A stretch of DNA of 61,480 nucleotides from an uncultured Spirochaetaceae bacterium (GTDB lineage: Bacteria; Spirochaetota; Spirochaetia; DSM-27196; SLST01): positions 5,120-66,599 of the forward strand of contig CAZICD010000003.1 in NCBI GenBank assembly GCA_964537725.1. Direction: 5' to 3'. The notes beneath the pieces were generated by a model. The model saw nothing but the letters and a program-made list of their open reading frames with translations, was not told where the DNA came from and made no database searches. Shown here piece after piece: positions 56,862-61,480 of the stretch. A program made the translations under genes and the position numbers. Position 1 is the first letter of the stretch; each line of letters opens with the position of its first letter.

Positions 56862-57274
56862 CAGTCGAGCTCCCAGATCTTGTCCCAGTTCGAGATGTCC
56901 AGATCGTCGCCCAGGTCCGCGATCGTGATGATGGTGAAGGTGAGAACCTGTGTTCCGGGCTCCAGATGGCCGCCCTCGGCCTTCGTGGAGTCGGAGAAGG
57001 TGATGTGCGCGTGGACCCGCCCGTTCAGGATCGCACCGGAGTACGACACGATGTCACGCGGCTCACGACCGGCCGGAAACGCTTCCAGCGGGGGGAGCTC
57101 GTTGCTCGCCACGACGTGGTAGCGGTAGCTCTGCGACGAGCCGAGTCCGTTCATGATGAGGCCGTTGGTGATACCTTCGGCCTTCACCGCCTCCTGCAGC
57201 CCGGCGAGAATGTCGTCCCCGGGCTCGAGTCGTACGAGCACGATCCGCTTGATATCCGCGGTCTGAATGGTCAT
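56861..57274 (-). CDS. PPC (DUF296) domain protein
   Basis: ORF trimmed to ATG 57274, which has GGAGG upstream. Contains the pattern RLEPGDDILAGLQEAVKAEGI...GHLEPG. Its stop shares 1 nt with the start of the downstream SDR gene. Confidence 0.65.
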   Translation of the reverse strand: MTIQTADIKRIVLVRLEPGDDILAGLQEAVKAEGITNGLIMNGLGSSQSYRYHVVASNELPPLEAFPAGREPRDIVSYSGAILNGRVHAHITFSDSTKAEGGHLEPGTQVLTFTIITIADLGDDLDISNWDKIWELD

Positions 57275-57313
57275 GGAAACCTCCGATCGAAGTACTACGC
57301 TGCCGTCGCCGGC

Positions 57314-57334
57314 CCGCCGGCAGGGTGCCGGCGG
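57314..57334. promoter_or_regulatory. perfect 9-bp inverted repeat CCGCCGGCA-GGG-TGCCGGCGG in a divergent spacer
   Basis: Lies 40 nt upstream of the PPC gene start on the other strand. It is either an operator or a 5' UTR hairpin. Confidence 0.3.
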
Positions 57335-57413
57335 TCCGAACTTCGGCATCATACCCCACAGAGCGGCACGACGCAAACCTGCGTGACGGTTGCCTCGCGG
57401 GCCCGTCTTCTGC

Positions 57414-57442
57414 TTGACCCCCACGCGCCCAATACCTAAGCT
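57414..57442 (+). promoter_or_regulatory. candidate promoter for the amino-acid ABC operon (TTGACC-17-TAAGCT)
   Basis: Followed by GAAGGAGG and the ATG at 57466. Confidence 0.4.
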
Positions 57443-57465
57443 AACCGAGGTCTGAAGGAGGACAC

Positions 57466-58320
57466 ATGAAACGCATAGCTGTGATGCTTCTGCTCGTGCT
57501 CTTCGCCCTGCCGGCGTTCGCCACCGGGGTGACCGAGGAGCCGGTCGCGGAAGAGGATACGAGCGCGCTCGAGCGGACGCCCGACGATCCGCGGCTCTAC
57601 GAGCCGGGAAAGCTGACGGTCGCCACCGGCGAGCCGGTCTTTCCCCCCTGGATGATGGACGACGACCCGGCCGGCGGCGAAGGCTTCGAGAACGGACTCG
57701 TCTACGCGCTCGCCGAGGAGCTCGGCTTCGACCGCGAGGACGTGCAGTGGGTACGCGTGACGTTCGACCAGGGCATCGCCCCCGGGGAGAAGGCGTACGA
57801 CTTCAATGTCCAGCAGTACTCGATCACCGAGGCGCGCGAAGAGTTCGTCGACTTTTCGATTCCCTACTACGAGCCGGACAAGGCCGTGGTCGCGCTGCCC
57901 GACAGCGATATCTCGGATGCGCGCAGCTTCGCGGATCTGCGCGAGGCTCGCTGGGGTGCGACGATCGGCACGACCGACCTCGACTACATCGAGAACGTGA
58001 TCGGTGTCGAGGACGTGGCGGTGTTCGACGACCAGATCGGTACCTTCCAGGCGATGCTCGCCGACCAGATCGATGCGACGGCGATCTCCGTACCCACCGC
58101 GCTCTTCGCGACGGCGGTGCAGATTCCGGAGGCGACGATCGCGGCGATCCTCCCGCGCGATCCCAACGACCTGGGTTTCGGCTTCATCTTCGAAGAGGGC
58201 AACCCGATCGTGCCGTGGATCAACGACGGACTCCGCTCGATCGTCGATGCGGGTGTCGTCGAAGACCTGAGGCAGCAGTACCTCATCGCCGACGAGTCGA
58301 TTCCGGAGATCTCGGAGTGA
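57466..58320 (+). CDS. amino-acid ABC transporter substrate-binding protein (family 3)
   Basis: Signal peptide and the block FDFNVQQYSITEAREEFVDFSIPYY. Confidence 0.8.
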   Translation: MKRIAVMLLLVLFALPAFATGVTEEPVAEEDTSALERTPDDPRLYEPGKLTVATGEPVFPPWMMDDDPAGGEGFENGLVYALAEELGFDREDVQWVRVTFDQGIAPGEKAYDFNVQQYSITEAREEFVDFSIPYYEPDKAVVALPDSDISDARSFADLREARWGATIGTTDLDYIENVIGVEDVAVFDDQIGTFQAMLADQIDATAISVPTALFATAVQIPEATIAAILPRDPNDLGFGFIFEEGNPIVPWINDGLRSIVDAGVVEDLRQQYLIADESIPEISE

Positions 58321-59165
58321 GCCAAGAGCGTTCCGCGCCGGCCCGGCCGGCCGGACGCAAGCTCCGTCCCCGAGATCGATTCCTCCCTCCGATAATCAGC
58401 GTGACCACGGTTCTCGTGGTCGCGCTGATTGCGTATCAGCTCATTACGAGCGCCGAACAGTGGCCGCGGGTGAAGGCGCAGTTCTTCAACCTGGAGGTCA
58501 TCTGGGACGTCTTCCCGGATGTGCTGGGCGGCTTCGCGATCAACATGTCGGTGTGGGCGGTCTCGCTCGTCGTGATCGCCGTCTGGGCGCTGGTGCTCGC
58601 GATCTTCCGGTCGCTCAGCGGTCCGTGGTTCGCGCCGCTGAAGGTCTTCGCGGTCGTATACATAGATCTGCTGCGCGGGCTGCCGTCGCTGCTGCTCGTC
58701 CTGCTGTTCGGGTTCGGCGTGCCGGCGCTTCGGATACCCGGCCTGCCGCAGAGCAGCCTCTTCTGGGGCGCGACGGCGATGATCATGAGCTACTCCGCGT
58801 ACGCCGCCGAGGTCTACCGCTCCGGAATGGACGCGGTGCACGACGGTCAGCGCGCCGCGGCGAAGGCGCTGGGCCTCTCGCAGTGGCAGACGCTGTGGTA
58901 CTCGATCCTCCCGCAGGCGGTGAGGAACGTCCTGCCTTCGCTCCTCAACCTGGCGGTCGCGCTGCAGAAGGACGTCGCGCTGTTGAGCGTCCTCGGCGTA
59001 CGCGACGCGGTGCGCGAGGCGCAGATCTACACCGCCCGCACGTTCAACTACTCGTCGCTCGTGGCGGCGGCGATCCTCTTTCTGCTCGCGACGATCCCCA
59101 TGGCGCGTTTCACCGATTACGTGACGCGCAAGGACCGCGAGCGACGGCTGCAGAGAACCGTCTAG
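58317..59165 (+). CDS. amino-acid ABC transporter permease
   Basis: GTG 58317 forms a GTGA overlap. EAA loop AAKALGLSQWQTLWYSILPQ. Confidence 0.85.
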   Translation: MSQERSAPARPAGRKLRPRDRFLPPIISVTTVLVVALIAYQLITSAEQWPRVKAQFFNLEVIWDVFPDVLGGFAINMSVWAVSLVVIAVWALVLAIFRSLSGPWFAPLKVFAVVYIDLLRGLPSLLLVLLFGFGVPALRIPGLPQSSLFWGATAMIMSYSAYAAEVYRSGMDAVHDGQRAAAKALGLSQWQTLWYSILPQAVRNVLPSLLNLAVALQKDVALLSVLGVRDAVREAQIYTARTFNYSSLVAAAILFLLATIPMARFTDYVTRKDRERRLQRTV

Positions 59166-59909
59166 ATGCATAAGATCGAGATCGAGAACCTGACGAAGTA
59201 CTACGGTGAGAACCTCGTACTCGACGACGTGAACCTCGAGGTCGACGAGCACGAGGTCGTGTGCCTGATCGGCGCTTCGGGCTCCGGCAAGTCGACGCTG
59301 CTGCGCTGCGTGAACGATCTGGTCGAGTTCCAGGGCGGTGAGATTCGTCTGGACGGTACCTCCATCCACGACGAGCGGTTCGGTAAGCGGGAGCTCTACA
59401 AGCGCGTGGGGATCGTCTTCCAGGCGTACAACCTCTTCCCTCACATGAACGTGCTCGACAATATCACGCTCGCTCCCCGGAAGGTGCACCGCACCGCGCG
59501 GCGCGAGGCCGAGTCGTTTGCGCACGAGTTGCTGGGGATGTTCGGGCTCGACGGCTTCGCCGAATCGTACCCGGAGCAGCTCTCCGGCGGTCAGCAGCAG
59601 CGCGTCGCGATCGTGCGCGCGCTCGCCACGCGTCCCGACGTGCTCATGCTCGACGAGGTCACCGCGGCGCTCGACCCGGAGCTCATCGGCGGCGTGCTCG
59701 CGGTGATCCGCGATCTCAAGACGCAGGGCATGACGATGCTCATCGTCACGCACGAGATGAGCTTCGCCCGCGACGTCGCCGATCGGGTATGTTTCCTCGA
59801 CGGCGGCCGGATCCTCGAGGAGGCGCCGCCGGACCGCCTCTTCAGCGAGCCCGGGAACCCGCGGACGCAGCAGTTTCTGCAGCGGATCATCGAGGCGGGG
59901 CGCCTGTAG
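59166..59909 (+). CDS. amino-acid ABC transporter ATP-binding protein
   Basis: Walker A GASGSGKST, signature LSGGQQQRVAIVRAL, Walker B LMLDEVTAALD. Confidence 0.9.
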   Translation: MHKIEIENLTKYYGENLVLDDVNLEVDEHEVVCLIGASGSGKSTLLRCVNDLVEFQGGEIRLDGTSIHDERFGKRELYKRVGIVFQAYNLFPHMNVLDNITLAPRKVHRTARREAESFAHELLGMFGLDGFAESYPEQLSGGQQQRVAIVRALATRPDVLMLDEVTAALDPELIGGVLAVIRDLKTQGMTMLIVTHEMSFARDVADRVCFLDGGRILEEAPPDRLFSEPGNPRTQQFLQRIIEAGRL

Positions 59910-59944
59910 GGGCCGGTGCCGGCCTCCGCAGCGAGGGCGAGGCG

Positions 59945-61480
59945 CTATCTTCCTTCCACTTCGAACGCGTAGATGTGTACCAGCTCGTCTCCCCATGTTG
60001 CGAGCGGCGTGAGCCTGACGCCCGCGATCGGTCGGTCCGGGAGTTCGACGCGGGTGAGACGCTGCCGGTTGTCCGTGATCTCGGCGACCGTCTGCCACTG
60101 CGCCGACCGGCTCGGGGCCGAGTCGGCGCTGGCCGTCTCCGGCGCGCGGACTTCCACCCGGAAGCTTCTGACCAGACTCGACGCCACCGGCGTACCGGGA
60201 TCGTTCAGCGGATAGTGGTACTTCATCCGGTGTTCCTTGTAGTGCCGGCTCAGGTTGCTGTCGAAGACGAGCCGCACCCCCGCCCGCTGGACCGGCTCGG
60301 CGAACGAGTACTCGATCGCATCGCCCGGTTCGCACCAATAGCCGTTGTCGGTCTCGTCCACGGTGCGGTCGTGGCCGTTACGCAGCACCTCCGGGTCCGC
60401 GGTCGCCGTGGTCTCGTACCAGACGACCTTCGTCTTCTGACCGCCGCGAAGGCCGCTCGCGAAGACCGGTCCGTCTTCCGGGTACTCGGTTCGTGCGAGG
60501 TGCACCGAGTAGGTGCGTCCCGCGTTGGAGGCGGAAAGCTCTGCGTTCTCCTGCCGCGAGGCCGATGCTACCGGCCGTGCGTGGCCGGGAAGGTAGGCGT
60601 CCGCGCGCATGAGGCTCGTCTGGAGCTCCGCGAGGTGGCGCTCGTAGACGCCCCGCGGCGTCGTGTCGTTGCGCGCGGCGATCGCAGCGGCCGTGCCCGC
60701 AGCCTGCCCGATTCCGGCGCACGTGCGCATGACGCGAGACGAGCTGAGCGCGATGTGCGTCGCGCTGATGTTCCGCCCCGCGCACAGCAGATTGTCGACG
60801 TTGCGCGAGTAGAGCGAGCGGTAGGGAATTCCCCACGGAGAGGGGGCAGGGTGAAAGACGGTGGGTTCTCCCGGATCGTAGAACGCCGCCGGAGCGTGAT
60901 CGTCCATGCTCCACCCGCCGTAGGCCACCACGTCTTCGAACGGCCCGCCTGCCTCCACGTCGGCCTGCGTGATGATGTGGTCGCCTACGTAGCGGCGGCT
61001 CTCTCGCTTGCCCGGAAGGAAGCCCATCCATTCGAGCGTCCAGTTCCGCGCGTCGAACTCGTCGGCGTGGCGCTTGATGAAGTCCCACACGCCGGTGGAG
61101 ATGCCCAGCAGGTCGTCGCGGATCTCCTCGGTATCGCGGATCGTGTTGCGGTCGCCCCCGGCCTCGAGCCACCAGAAGTTGGTCCGATGGATGTCGAGCG
61201 AGCGTCCCGGGCCAATGTCGTCGCGCTCGTACCGGTGAGCGTACGCCGGCGGAACGAAGGGCTGCGGCTCGCTCGTCTCGCGGAGCTGGATCAGGCACGA
61301 CATGCCCATCGTCTTCTCATCCGCCTCGTCGACCGCGTGCGACTCGCCGAACTCCCGCTTGTCCTCGCGGCCCCACCGCACGTCGGCGCCGGTGAGCGGG
61401 GCGAGGATCGAGTCGCCGGAGGCGTCGACGAAGAGCCTCGCGGTCACGCGGTGGAAGGTTTGCGTCGTCAGCTGCCACGC
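59945..61480 (-). CDS. FAD-dependent oxidoreductase with a C-terminal beta-sandwich-like domain; the 5' end lies beyond the window
   Basis: The reading frame stays open to the window edge and no N-terminal dinucleotide-binding motif is visible, so the gene is truncated. The internal segment reads DASGDSILAPL...GFLPGKRESRRYVGD...CAGRNISATH. Confidence 0.65.
   Translation of the reverse strand, partial: AWQLTTQTFHRVTARLFVDASGDSILAPLTGADVRWGREDKREFGESHAVDEADEKTMGMSCLIQLRETSEPQPFVPPAYAHRYERDDIGPGRSLDIHRTNFWWLEAGGDRNTIRDTEEIRDDLLGISTGVWDFIKRHADEFDARNWTLEWMGFLPGKRESRRYVGDHIITQADVEAGGPFEDVVAYGGWSMDDHAPAAFYDPGEPTVFHPAPSPWGIPYRSLYSRNVDNLLCAGRNISATHIALSSSRVMRTCAGIGQAAGTAAAIAARNDTTPRGVYERHLAELQTSLMRADAYLPGHARPVASASRQENAELSASNAGRTYSVHLARTEYPEDGPVFASGLRGGQKTKVVWYETTATADPEVLRNGHDRTVDETDNGYWCEPGDAIEYSFAEPVQRAGVRLVFDSNLSRHYKEHRMKYHYPLNDPGTPVASSLVRSFRVEVRAPETASADSAPSRSAQWQTVAEITDNRQRLTRVELPDRPIAGVRLTPLATWGDELVHIYAFEVEGR

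Noticed and set aside
57984-60338. 784-aa minus-strand ORF
   Set aside because: Antisense to ABC permease and ATPase genes that have Walker, signature and EAA motifs.

Overview
High-GC, densely coding bacterial chromosome segment with about 50 genes. Many gene junctions are 1-25 nt start/stop overlaps. I found no rRNA, tRNA, CRISPR array, transposase, integrase or phage genes. Lipobox lipoproteins, a Blc lipocalin and an HtrA protease suggest a diderm host. Gene content from left to right: (1) A complete six-gene mevalonate operon on the minus strand (mvaS-fni-mvaA-mvaD-mvaK2-mvk). (2) mnmA, an OmpR-type response regulator, a histidine kinase, HtrA, dusA and a SAM methyltransferase. (3) Two adjacent but different MoxR AAA+/DUF58 membrane modules on the minus strand, with a C-terminal J-domain protein wedged between them. 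The smaller module (13432-17590) has five genes. The larger one (18495-32077) is an eight-gene chain in which every junction overlaps. It runs from three uncharacterised membrane proteins through MoxR, DUF58, a BatA-like VWA protein and a double-VWA protein to a GGDEF-EAL enzyme. I consider this larger module the best candidate for an undescribed system. (4) A MerA-like flavoprotein disulfide reductase paired with a TVP38/DedA protein, then an MFS / lipid kinase / acyltransferase module. (5) A glycan-utilisation locus: lipocalin, atypical GH32-like enzyme, GH95-like enzyme, propeller-type hybrid sensor kinase, a transporter with two permeases and a binding protein, a LacI regulator with three matching operators, GH30, and a GH35/42-like enzyme. 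(6) Two SDRs, a PPC/DUF296 protein, an amino-acid ABC transporter and an FAD oxidoreductase that runs off the right edge. Gene starts were chosen by trimming the supplied ORFs to in-frame starts that fit the stop codon of the upstream gene. The long Arg/Ala/Pro-rich ORFs on the opposite strand are treated as high-GC artefacts. All functional calls rest on motifs I can read in the translations, not on database searches.
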